In this document: one piece after another, positions 1 through 12,496 of the stretch
Position numbering within the stretch: the stretch's first letter is position 1
Layout of the letters: each line of letters starts with the position of its first letter
Assembly (NCBI GenBank): GCA_000697335.1
Contig: JNEM01010510.1
Location: 1-62,848, forward strand
Length of the DNA: 62,848 nt
Direction: 5' to 3'
Source: Conidiobolus incongruus B7586
Taxonomy: Eukaryota
Notes under the pieces: generated by a model
The model's database searches: none
The model's input: only the letters and a program-made list of their open reading frames with translations
Told to the model about the DNA's origin: nothing
Program-made: the position numbers and the translations under genes

Positions 1-2161
1 TATAATATATATAATTTAAAACTATATATTTTCCTATTTATTTTATATATATTTTATTATTTGAAATTAATAATATATTTGAAAAATTTCTTATTTTATT
101 AATTTTATGGAAATAATAAATAATTAATTATAATTATATTAAAATTACAAAATATAAAAATAATATTGTTGTATTTCAAAATTAATCATCTCTTCCAGTT
201 TGATAGCTAAACCAATATTATTTCTATTTTAAGCTGACTTTGTCAGTCTATAATTGAAGGATACTCTTTGTTCTCTTTATTTTCTTTGTTAGGTTTTATC
301 CAAATCCCATATCATTCATTGATTCAATTATTTAAACCTACAGTCCCGATACGTTAAAGAGCAGCATTAATAAATAATTTACTAAATCATATTTTGAGTA
401 CTTTTCTAACTACGATCTTTATTTATAAAACTTAATATAAAACACAACAATATTGATAATGATATTTAAATAATAAATTAATATAGCAATATATCTTTAG
501 GTTACTGAATACAATATACTATATATATAATAATAGAGAGGGATTAAACTATTATTAAAATTAATCGTCATTATAGAAATAAACAATTTAAATATAATTA
601 AAATTATAAAAATTGATTTTTTGGTGATATATATATATATGTTTACTTTTTGAATGTTTTAAACCATTCTAAAATTGCAAGTCAAAATTGATTAAATATA
701 ATTTGATATAATCAATAAAATTTCAATTAATTGAATTATATTAGAATATTTCAATTATTTCATTATTAATTTCAGTACTATTATCATTATAATTTTTCAA
801 AATACGAATCTCATATAAAAATAACTAAGAAGAATGTTGTAATATTAAAAAATTTAATCGAATAATGAATAATGGATATGAATCTTATTGTATATATGTA
901 CCTTGAAAGTATATAGTACTGATAGAATCACCAATTGTCCTTGTATCACACTTCCTACGTGTCATTTCAAACTATTTACAAGTGAATAAAATTTTCTTAA
1001 TAATAATTCTTTATATTTTTCTACTGACTTCAGAAAAAGAAAATGATGATAATTAAGAACCCATCTTATCATATACAGTATTAAATCTGATTTCATTTTT
1101 ACTAAAGCCTATTAATTAAAATTTGTGTTATATAATCTGAACTAACCTTGAATCTAAATATATTTATATTTAGTGATTACTGATAGATATTTGATGCTTA
1201 GAGATTTTGAGAAATGAATAAAAATTTGTACCAATTGTAATCAGATATTGTAGTAACTCGTATATTTGGAATCTAAAAATAAAAGTAAATTTTATTTTAG
1301 TATATTATTATACTTAGAGTTAAATCATTTTAACAAATTTTATTTATTTTACTCTTTACTAGCTACATAGTATTAGTCAATTTTATTATTTTCATTATTT
1401 GAATATATTAAATATTATTTGAATTCTAAAAATTATTTCATAAATAAAATAAATAAAATAAATTTTTAATAAAAATTTGTAAATTAAAAAATAATTAATT
1501 TTTTAATATTGGGATGAATCAATAAATCTATTATTTATTAAATGAAAAAATAGTTTGAAATTTTAATAATTTTTAAAATAAATGCAAGATAGTACTAATA
1601 GAATATATATATATATATATTGCGGAATGAAGTCAAATTATGACTATTATGCTGGATTACTATTAAATAAAACTTATACATATAGTTGCAAATTATATAC
1701 ATCCCGCTGACTTGATATAATTAAAGATATTAAATAAATAATTTCAAAAATGATTTTAAATGCCCAGTCTGTTTAGTTTAATTTCAAAACTGATGTATAA
1801 TAAATTTCCTAAATTAAATAAAACTCATCAAATTAAATTATTGTGTCCTTTTGAAATTTGAATTCTATTCATTTTGACCCTTCATTTGAATATTGACTCT
1901 TATAATAACCCAATAGAAATTATATATTTCGTTGCAAAATATTGGTAAAATTATATTTTGTTCAAATGTTGGATTAAAACACCAACTGATTTCTTTAATA
2001 AAAACATATTAGAGTTTGGTCGATTTCTAAAGTGTACAATTTCTACAGGGGGAATTTGGTTAGTATGTCAAAAATGAATGTTTTTCATTCATTAAATACG
2101 GTTGTGATACGAAACCTTTATTTTACTAAGTTCTGGCGAGGCACGGGTAACCATCAGAAAC

Positions 2162-2581
2162 TTAAGCCTGTTGTTTCTTAAGTGCAGCAACTTCCTTGTT
2201 GAGAATGGCACGACGTTGCTTGCGCAATTTCATAAGCTTGAAACGATCGAAATCGGTCAAAGTAGCACGCTTGGCACGCTTGGCTAATTTTTGGGCCCAG
2301 GCGGAGGCTTCCCACTTGGAAACAAGTTCAGCGGATTCAATAGCCTTCTTTAAACCAGCGGAGCGGATACCGCGGGGGAGCTTGGGAAGAGTGTAGGGAA
2401 GAAGTCTGAGGTTCTTGAAGGAGTGGGCGTGACGGGGGACACCAGTAGTGGGTCCTTCAATCAAGGCACGGTTGTGATCGATGATTTCGACAATGACGGC
2501 AACTTTGTTGTTGTACTCACCACCGTTGATGAGGACGGCACGGCCAACTTCGACAACACGTTTGAAAACACTGACAGTCAT
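2162..2581 (-). CDS. RPL14: 60S ribosomal protein L14 (eL14)
   Basis: 139-aa ORF with eL14 motifs VEVGR...VIVEIIDHNRALIEGP and LTDFDRFKLM; intronless CDS; possible 5'UTR intron near 2629-2692. Confidence 0.97.
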   Translation of the reverse strand: MTVSVFKRVVEVGRAVLINGGEYNNKVAVIVEIIDHNRALIEGPTTGVPRHAHSFKNLRLLPYTLPKLPRGIRSAGLKKAIESAELVSKWEASAWAQKLAKRAKRATLTDFDRFKLMKLRKQRRAILNKEVAALKKQQA

Positions 2582-2845
2582 AGCTGAAGATAGTTAAATG
2601 GATGCAGGCTCAAGGTTGTTGAATTTGCCTATAGCAGTAAAGAGAAGGGCCATATCTTTAAGTTAATACAACGGATTAAGGACATAATTTACTACTAACA
2701 ATTCCGAAATTCACCGTTTGTGCATATTAGGCCAATTAAAATGCATAAATTGATTGTTGAAAATCTTTACACCAATCATACTTCGATTTTAACCAATATC
2801 ACGTGATTTTATTTAAAATCATTTTGCGTAAAACATTATTGATAA

Positions 2846-2874
2846 ATAATTAATAATAATAATAATAATAATAA
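2846..2874. repeat. (AAT)n microsatellite
   Basis: Near-perfect run of about 9 aat units. Confidence 0.75.
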
Positions 2875-5800
2875 CTAGAATACTATTCCAAGATATTAGT
2901 AGATAAAATACATAACCAGATTCGTAGCTTGTATGTTTTTAATGATTGAGCATTGTTTAAAGTAAGTTTCCTAGTAATTTTATTTTAATTAAATTGTTAA
3001 AACTAGTATAGCTATCAGATTTTATTCAATAGTTTATTAATAAATAATTCAGATATTATTATAAAATTTAATATATACTCTCTTACACTTGTGCCAAGTT
3101 AAATCATTTTATCGAACTATTATTAAAAATCTTTTTTTAAAATTATCAGTATCTCGTAAATATGCTAGTATTCACGAACTATGTTATTAGTGATACCATG
3201 ATGCATAATTTTATATTTTCAAAAATTAAATAAATCTTTGTATTATATAAATTCTATATTTAATGATTCAATAAACTGAAAAGTATAATATATATCTTAT
3301 TTCTTAATATTATATCAGATAATCACTTATTCATTCCATTAATATTCATTTTATCTATTATCCAAATGTAAAAAATGATTCCGGGTAATATATTTTAGAT
3401 CATTTGGGTAAATTCGCATAATTTTTTTAGACCTATATATAATATCAAATGTAAATATTAAAAGCTTTGTACACTTATAATTCCAAGGAACTCATATAAC
3501 ACAGTTTGTTATTACTTAACATTTTCCTTATACTCTTGGTAATTAGCAATATATACACTATTTTATCTAATGAAATTTATTAATCAGAATATATTTGTGT
3601 CGTTTTAGATAGTTATTAATATTATTGTGAATATTATGCTGTCCTCAAATAATTGGTATTGGATAACATGTTATACTTCCAAAATAATTAATTATATTTT
3701 AATTTTTTCTTTTTTAATAGTATTATGAAAATTATATAGTATAAACATTTTTTTGATTCATTTTTTAGTTCTATTACGTCTTATTACTAAAATCCAGGTC
3801 CAGGATCATATATATTATGGCTATTTTATTTAAAATATTTCATTTAATTATATATTATATTTCAAATAATTAATTAGTTTATTAAATTTAATAAATCAAA
3901 TTTTTAATAAAAAATACCTTAAATCAATTTTATTATTGATTTTATTCAAATTGTATTCTTTAGTATTGTCAATTTTTTAATATCGATATTAATTTTAAGT
4001 GTTAAATATTAAGAGAATCTATATATAATTATTATATATTATATAACACCATAAATAAATTTATTTCCAATAATATCATTGTAATTATAATTTAATATTG
4101 AATCAAAAATATCATAAAATCGAATATATCAATCGAACAGCTAGTATTCAAATTAAATCAATTAGTATTTTGCTAATTTTTTAATGAATATTGCACTGTT
4201 TTAGAATGTGTGTTAGTCAAATATAATTGACAAGTTGATAATATCAATTAAAATAAATTATTCTAATGACTATACACTTATGAAAATAATATGTTGAAGT
4301 GCATCGATTTCTCTATCAACGAGGTTCAAGAATATAATAATAATTATTGGTAAAGAAGGTTGACAAATACAATTAACACTACAATTTTATTAATAAAAAT
4401 TATCTCCAAAGTATTACTATCATGTAATATGCATATTAAATTTATTTAAAAATTATAGTCATATTACTCAATTATTTAATATACAAAATTTCATTAAGTT
4501 TAACTATTTTTAGCATCCACAATGTATCTTATTTTAATCTTATAAAATAAAAAGAAAAATATTTATAATACATGCATTCATGTTTTAATAGCTCTACTTT
4601 TAGATTAGTTATATCTAAAACTATATTAAATGTAATATAGATATTTAATTATTTATGACTTATATTTAGGGTTTAGATAAATTATTTTAATCAGAAATTA
4701 GTCAATAATTATAATGCATGTGATGTCAACGCTTGAGTATATATGTTTTTTATAAGAAAATAATCTCTGAATATTAAATTCATTTATTTCTATAGTTACA
4801 ATAAATTTGAATCAAGTTTATCAAATGTTATTGCTTCTAGTATTTTTAATTTTCAAAAAAAATATAATAATTAAAATGTTTTTAAAATAAAAAAGTTATA
4901 GAGTATTCTGAAAACTGTGTAATAAAATTGTTCATATATTAAAAATGATTGTGTTTCAATAAAGTTAGACAATACACTAGTGAAAATAAAATAAATAATA
5001 TATAATGAAAAATGCTGTAAATATATACCTCTTTTTTAAATTTAAATATCATCAATATAAATAACAATTTCAAATTAATTGTTTGAAAATTATAGTATAC
5101 TTTAAGGTTATATCAAAATATATATTTGATAAGTTTAAACTTGGTTCTTTAATCCAAATTTTCAAATGATTTATAATACTTTAATATGAATATCATATAC
5201 CAAGTCTAATTTTAACATTTTAGAAACTTTAAGCCTAACCAAACTTAATACAAATATAGGATTAATTTAACTCAAATAAGCTATCACAGTTTAAATAATA
5301 ATTTCTGAAATATAACTAGAATCATGATTGAAATACATAATAAGAAAAATCTCATTATAGAAACTATTTATGATGAAATACTGTAACATAATATAATTGA
5401 ATTAATATAGTCTGTTGATGTCATTAAATATTAAAATGAAAACTCAGAAACTTACTTTAATATCTGAATAGTATAAAAAATATAACAAAATAGTTTCAAT
5501 TTTAAAAATTTGATATAACCCTTTATTAAAATTAGAAGGCATTTTCATAATTATGTAAATCAAATACCTATGAATTAGAGTTAAATCATGATTAAACTTT
5601 AATGAAGTAATTTTAGAAATTATATATAAATAAATTTATTGTTCCAAATAATCAAATAAGGCAAAAACATTAAGCATGCTGAAATATAACTATGGACATT
5701 TTTGTATTAATTATGTTCATAAAGTATAGTTTAATCAAAATATATTTTAAGTTTTTTAATTATGAAAATTAAGATACTTCAAAATCAATTCTAACAAATT

Positions 5801-6348
5801 AAATATAATAATTATTAATTAGATTAATGCTATTATATTTAATTGGACATTTCAAATCAACTAATAAAATTTCAATTTAAATATTTTTATAGTACAGAAA
5901 TTTTATACAACAGTTAGTTATATTTTATATGTAATAAGTTACAGCATAATTTATCAATATTTATCAAAGTAAAATTAGGAATTTTGAAATTCAAATTTAA
6001 TATAAATTAAAAAGTTTAAAATATTTATTGATTCAAAATTTTAAATTGATATTTGTTACAAGTTATAACTGAGAGTTTGAATGATATTATATTGCTAAAA
6101 ATTTCCTTGAGTTATAAATAACTAAGGGAGTAGTTAATTAGTTATATTATAATAATTATGATTCATTTAATGATTTAAACTTTAAACAAAAAAATCAAAC
6201 TAAACTTAATAATTTTATTATCAAGTATTCTGATTAAATCTTCAAATTCTAAAAGTAATAATACCTTTTATTTGAAATTTTATGTTAACTTATAGTATCA
6301 TTTAGTCTGGCTTAATTTTTCTTTTTCTTTTGTACTATGTAATCAGTT

Positions 6349-6350
<2 letters not shown>

Positions 6351-6380
<30 letters not shown>
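6351..6380. repeat. (AT)15 microsatellite
   Basis: Perfect dinucleotide run. Confidence 0.95.
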
Positions 6381-6384
<4 letters not shown>

Positions 6385-7720
6385 TAAGATTAAAATTTTT
6401 TGGAATTCAATAGTGTTCAAAATTATAAACCAAGAGAGAAAATTAATACAATTTGATTGGATAATCGTGATCGAAAAATTTTCTATCTAGATTATAATAA
6501 TTTGTATTCTGTTCTGATTTTTGTAATTGAATGGAGAAAATTTGATAAGGGGGGTTTTATTAAGATTAAATCTCAAAATTAAATTCCCAAATAATTACAA
6601 TATTTTTACTTAATTTGGATTTTTGGCTATGTTATCAAATAGTGTAGCCATTTAGTTGAGAGATATTTAGTTTGGATAACCTCTTCCCAAATCTCCTCCA
6701 AGTATATAAAGCCAATAGGGAACTGTTTTGATCATTTTGCTTAATTGAACTATGTTTTAAGTTTTTGATTTTACAATTATATCATTCAAAATATTATAAA
6801 TATGGGTCGTGTAAGAATAAGATACATATTTTTAGCTAAATAGAAAAATACTGAATATAACATTAGTTGATCTATCAATAACATCAATTTAGTATAATAA
6901 TCATTAGTATGCTGGTACAAGTAATTAAAATTCAAGGTTGTAAATAATATCATTGATCTATCAACTTAACAAATCAAGTTTATTAAAACAATAGATTTAT
7001 TACTTGACAAGTAGGATTTTAAAGGGCAAAAATCGAAACTAAATATATGTTATATCAATTTGCTCAGATTTATTTTGATTGAAGTTAATTTAGTAATGCA
7101 ATTATTATTTCGAAAATGAATAGCGATTCAAATAAGGATAAATTGTTATTATCAGTATTATTGAGTAAAAGTCTATATTTTCATTCTCATTTCCTTCTAT
7201 TAAATAATGTGAAAATCGAAATAAAGTATAACAAATACCCAATCGCTTAATTATCGCTATTTCTGCTAAAGCCAAACTATTAAATATTCCTAATTCCCCT
7301 CCTTGTTCATCAAAATTGAAGCCGAAATTCACTTAATTTTCTGATTTGATAAATTGTTAAATAATCCACCTAGGGAGAATGTGATTGGATACAGAAAGTA
7401 AGGGGGAAAAGTATAATGATATGCTATTAATGATGATGACTTCAGCCAATGAGCGGCTTCATTTCGGTATTTGAAAGAATCTGATGACAAATTCACATTC
7501 AAAAATAATTATCCCTAGAAGTTCTAATCAATGATGATTGGATGGATTTGGACCAATCAGAGTTAGTTGTTTCAGAGTGAACTTTGGATCATTTATAAAG
7601 AGGATAAAGGGCGAAATTCGAAGGGGGCACAAAGGAGATTTCTTGAAGAGAAACAGTAAGCATCCTTCACTCGTTTATCTCTAATCCATTATTTTTTTTC
7701 TCCTATCATATTAATTAAGT

Positions 7721-9211
7721 ATGAGTGTTAATCAGAATCCTCACTCAGATCGTATTATACAAGATGCGTTTCTTCCAACTATTAATTCTTTATTTATTCT
7801 TATGGAACAACACAGGATAGACCACTTGATAGCAACTCGCGAGAGTGTTTTAATCATACGCAACAACTCTGTACCAATAGTGGTACCAAAACAAGATCTT
7901 AATACCAGTCACAATTTTAATATGAATCCATTGCATACTAATCCAAACAGCACTCCTGGAAATAATGTAATGATGAACCATCAGCAACAATCGCTAATGA
8001 CCAACCCACACCATCCTCACGCACACCACTCGCATCCTCATCAACTGCAGCATACCCATCAGGCGCAGCATCCCACATTACCCTATGGTTTTCCTCCAGA
8101 TTCTCTACATCATCCCCAAAATCCATCTTCATTTTCTTACGCACCCTCTCTCCCTCCTTTCCCCCCTCCGGACAATCACCCCCACTCCTCTGCCAATGCT
8201 GCCCAAAAGTTACCCAGTCACCCCAGCTTACCCACCCCTATTAATAGCATGTTAATGCCCTCTAATAACACTGCCAACACCATCAATAATCCCACCACCA
8301 CTGCTCCTACTAATGCTACTACAGCTAATCACCAAGCGGTTACTAAGAAGCCCCGCTCCGGAACTGCCAAATTCAACAATACCACCTCTATCGCTCCCAC
8401 TTCACTGACCACAAATGGGAATGGTAATGCTAATGGTAATAATAATAGTAATAGCAATTCGGCAGATCCAAACTTTACTACAAACACTGGTACAACCCAG
8501 CCACCAGCGAAGAAACCCAGGGCAGTGCATGTTCCTCCTGTGACACTGCAGCCTATTCCTCCTCATTGTCAATCTCTTGTAGATTCTTTGCGTAATGCAA
8601 CAAGCTCATTAACCCACAACCGTACAACTTTCCCCTTCTTCGTCTATGATACAAACAACCCTAAACCTGACTTTCCCATTGATGTAGTAGTACCTTATCT
8701 TCATATCATGCCCAAGTTCACTCAAACTATTATGTCTAGCTTTTTAGCTGCTATTACGCAATCCTACCGTCGACCCATGCCCACTGTAAGTTATCCTTGG
8801 AAGAATATCGATTGGCCAACACAGTTAGAAATGTTGTTAGTCAGTCTTGAAGAGATGAGAATGTCTTCAACGCCAAAAAACCATTACACACAGCAGCTCC
8901 AGAGCTTGAACTTATTTAATATGTCAGGATTTCATTATCTCAATGTGATACTGCATAATCTGATTAAACAGCATAATACATCTCCTGATTTTCATTCGAC
9001 TCTGAGTGCAATCCAGAATAGAGTTGGCAAGCGAGGTAATAAGCAGGTTCATTTTTGTAATCGTATTGGTTACCTTTACCATGGTTTGCCAGCTGAATAT
9101 GCTTATAGTCCCGATTTCTGTAAGAATTGGTTTTTCAAAGTACAGAACCTCCAGCTTGTCCAATTGAGAATCTGTTTGGAATGGGATATTACAAACAATA
9201 TTTTAAAATAA
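7721..9211 (+). CDS. Hypothetical 496-aa protein: His/Gln/Pro/Asn low-complexity middle, two KKPR motifs and a C-terminal globular region
   Basis: Long intronless ORF, GC well above flanks; CCAAT boxes (7446, 7553) and TTTATAAA (about 7592) upstream; no family recognised. Confidence 0.85.
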   Translation: MSVNQNPHSDRIIQDAFLPTINSLFILMEQHRIDHLIATRESVLIIRNNSVPIVVPKQDLNTSHNFNMNPLHTNPNSTPGNNVMMNHQQQSLMTNPHHPHAHHSHPHQLQHTHQAQHPTLPYGFPPDSLHHPQNPSSFSYAPSLPPFPPPDNHPHSSANAAQKLPSHPSLPTPINSMLMPSNNTANTINNPTTTAPTNATTANHQAVTKKPRSGTAKFNNTTSIAPTSLTTNGNGNANGNNNSNSNSADPNFTTNTGTTQPPAKKPRAVHVPPVTLQPIPPHCQSLVDSLRNATSSLTHNRTTFPFFVYDTNNPKPDFPIDVVVPYLHIMPKFTQTIMSSFLAAITQSYRRPMPTVSYPWKNIDWPTQLEMLLVSLEEMRMSSTPKNHYTQQLQSLNLFNMSGFHYLNVILHNLIKQHNTSPDFHSTLSAIQNRVGKRGNKQVHFCNRIGYLYHGLPAEYAYSPDFCKNWFFKVQNLQLVQLRICLEWDITNNILK

Positions 9212-10540
9212 TACTTAGTGTATTTTGTACAGATATCATTACTTTTCAATCACTATCCTTAATATTAAAATTATCTAGTATTACTAACCCAATCAAATTA
9301 ATAATGAATAAAAATCATTATAATACTGTAGCTATATGTAAAAAATTTTGATCCATTCTATTTAATGTTCGGCTTAACATTGAGTTATTGATATTATCAA
9401 GATACAGTTGTCCCCCATTAAATCATATAAATTTTGAAAATACAACCAGAGTGATAAATAATATTTATTTGATAAATCATTGCATAATTTAACGAATTTT
9501 GACAAAATTACACAAGTTAAGATATCTAATAAGAAATATAATCTTGTGGAGGGTCAAATACACTTGAACTCAACCTGATATAAATTATTCAAATAATGTC
9601 TATAATAGTATATATTAATTTATCCACAATCTTTCAATTGTTTTTTTTTCAAAATCTTTCAGCAACGATAACATCGTTTATCAGATCACTAGTAATTTTA
9701 AAATTATTTAAATATCGAATAATTTCCAAAATTAAAAATATATTTTCTATAACATACAAACACTTGTTATTAATTATTTAATAAAATTAATAAATTAATT
9801 TACTGGTGAAATGACCTAGAGATTAGTTCTTGTGTACATTTAAAAATTTCAATAATTTTATTATATAAAAATTAATTACTAAATTTATATCACTATTAGT
9901 TATCCTTGAATTCTTTAATATTATAGTATGAATTAATTATTATATATATACCTCAAAAATTATTTATATTTAATAATCTTCAGTTATTCATTATACCTTG
10001 TGGTTTATTTACTATTTATATACCTCAATGTTAAATAAGTTGAATTATAGTTTAAAAATAAATAAATTCTATACATTTATTTAATTATTCGTTTTCCAAG
10101 TAAATATTATAAACTATTATTTATAATAAAAAAATTTTTTTTTAATTTAATTTAAATAATATTTTTTGAAAATATTATATTATAAAATTAATTTAATTAT
10201 TTATTATAATAAAATAATTTAATTTTAAACAAATATTATTTTTATTAAAAATTTTTAAATTAATTTTTTTTTAAAATAAATTAAATTCATATAATTATTA
10301 ATTTAAAATAATTTAATTATTTTTAATTATTTTTTATTATTGTTAACTTTTTATAACAATTAAGCAAATATTTGTTAGAAATATTGATACTTACCTTAAG
10401 ATGATCTAATGATTACATCAATTAAAAGTTATTAGTATTATTGATTAACCCATAATTTAGAATATTTTTAAATATTTAGAGGTGATCAGTGATTTTTAAC
10501 AAGTCACAAAAAAATTTTTTTTATTCTAATCAATTCAACT

Positions 10541-10945
10541 ATGTCAAATTCAGTAATTAATAACTCAGACCCTACGCAACCACTATTGGGAAATAAACCA
10601 GAAGTCGTATATGAAGATAGTTATATTAGAGTGTATCAAGACAAGATAGAGATATTATACTACTATTTTCCTATAGGTACATCTAAAACTATTCGATACG
10701 AAGATATTGAATGGGTTAAAACCAATACTGAAATGAAGTTAAATGTATTGCAGTATAAAACTTGGGGTATGGGATTATCCTATATTTGGTGGCCTTTAGA
10801 CATTCATAGGAGTCCCTGCGTATTTGGTAAGAGTCCTCAATTGATTATTAAGGTCAAAGGCTCTTCAATGTGTTCAGGAGCTTCATGTTGGAAAAATCCT
10901 GATATGGTAGAGTATATTAGATCTAAAGTTGTTTCACTTTCTTAA
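10541..10945 (+). CDS. Small uncharacterised beta-rich (PH-like) protein
   Basis: 134-aa ORF with YEDxYI...YYFP.G..K.I...DI and KTWGMGLSYIWWPLD; promoter-motif variant ACCCATAA at 10448. Confidence 0.8.
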   Translation: MSNSVINNSDPTQPLLGNKPEVVYEDSYIRVYQDKIEILYYYFPIGTSKTIRYEDIEWVKTNTEMKLNVLQYKTWGMGLSYIWWPLDIHRSPCVFGKSPQLIIKVKGSSMCSGASCWKNPDMVEYIRSKVVSLS

Positions 10946-11155
10946 TTTGATTTATGGTATATTTAATTATTAATTATCCGAATAAATGTACATTGCTTAG
11001 TTTACATATAGAACCTTTGTTAAATATTCATAAAAATGGAAAATTTGATTATTAGTGATGATTATTTAATTTTCAACATTGGCATTGATGTAATAAGGGT
11101 ATATAAGGCAATAATATCTTAGTATTTTATCAATATCGCTATAATATAATCTATC

Positions 11156-11551
11156 ATGAAAGAATTCGGCCAAGTTGAACTTCATATTAAATACATTAGA
11201 AATTTAGGTAAATTAGATGATGACGATGAGTTCGAAGAATTAGAAAATCCTTATATGCTTATTTTGTCTGGAGATGTAGTGATTTGTGAAAAGTTAAAGA
11301 ATGGTAAATCAGGATATTATTACATTAATGAAAAACACTTCGTCAAATTAGACTGGGATCAAATTATCACAATTGAAATTTACGATGGTGATTTGGATGA
11401 AGAAGATCGCGAAGATGACTTAGTAGCTGGCATTGAAGTTCATACCGAGCACTTGATTCAATCTAACTATGAACACGAGCAATTCTATGAATTGGGAGAT
11501 AAGGATACTAAATTGGGTCAAATATTATTAAATATTAAACCTATTCACTAA
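11156..11551 (+). CDS. Stand-alone C2-domain protein
   Basis: 131 aa with C2 pattern (V.L.I...RNL...D...NPY...IEIYDGD...DDLVAG...GQILL) and acidic loops; TATATAA about 55 bp upstream. Confidence 0.75.
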   Translation: MKEFGQVELHIKYIRNLGKLDDDDEFEELENPYMLILSGDVVICEKLKNGKSGYYYINEKHFVKLDWDQIITIEIYDGDLDEEDREDDLVAGIEVHTEHLIQSNYEHEQFYELGDKDTKLGQILLNIKPIH

Positions 11552-12132
11552 TTTTATATAATAAATATTTATACTTTTTAATTATAGCTAAAATAATTAA
11601 TATTTAAATCTATATTAATATTGATTTATATATTGATTAATATTATTTCCTATCTATTCTTATTTCTATCCTATTTCAACTATGGAATCTGAAAAAATTA
11701 ATAAATAAAATCATTAGACTAATTTAATAAAATATTAACTTACAGAGATATCCAACAAGTTATGAGATTAAATTAGTATCATTTTGTTTACTTGCGGTTA
11801 ATTAATATTATCGATTATTAAATCCTAATATAATCTATTTAATAACTTAATTAATTCCTCCAATTGATATTACATAATTTTTTAAAATACTTTGTAATTC
11901 ATATTATAATTCCGTATTTTTTAAAAAATATTATAAAGGAGAAATAATTTAAAATCAATTAAATATAATTTACTAAATTGTACTAATTTATATTTAATAA
12001 AAATGTATAAATAGAATGATATTTTATAGATTATTATTAAATTTTCAACCTTGATATTAATATAATTATCTGTTTATATATGAATTATAAACTAATATTT
12101 TTTTCAAATAATTTTCTATATTATAAAATATC

Positions 12133-12496
12133 ATGAATTAAATTAGTTTAGTTCGACTAGATATTAAATACGTTAAAAATTTGGGTAAATTTAATCGCAA
12201 AAAATTACAAGAAAAAATCTATATATAGTGATTACATCCAGTGTTAAATTAATAAGTTAAAGTGGCAATTAGGAAGTTATCAAATCGATGAAAAGTTCTA
12301 CAACAATTGGATGAAGTTAACAGTGTCAAGATAGAGATTTATGATGGTGACTTAGTGAAGCTGAGAGTGCAGAAAGTATGATTATTTATATCAAATATTT
12401 AATGGAATCATATCATGATCACCACTATTACTTTGAATTGAGCCATATAAATCATCATTTGATCAAATCTTAATAGATTTTCAACATGTTTACTAA
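12133..12496 (+). pseudogene. Degenerate tandem copy of the adjacent C2-domain gene
   Basis: Translates MN*ISLVRLDIKYVKNLGKF...NLYIVITS...IEIYDGDL...QILIDFQHVY*, collinear with 11156-11551; TAA at codon 3 and frameshifts. Confidence 0.8.

Noticed and set aside
6802..6843. MGRVR start resembling ribosomal protein S17
   Set aside because: No downstream RPS17 similarity in any frame
7430..7484. Possible C/D box snoRNA (ATGATGA...CTGA)
   Set aside because: Short, no terminal stem or recognisable rRNA guide; lies among CCAAT promoter elements
7105..9781. Stand-alone short ORFs 7105-7332 and 9596-9781
   Set aside because: AT-rich and I/F/N/K-biased, with no motifs; expected by chance
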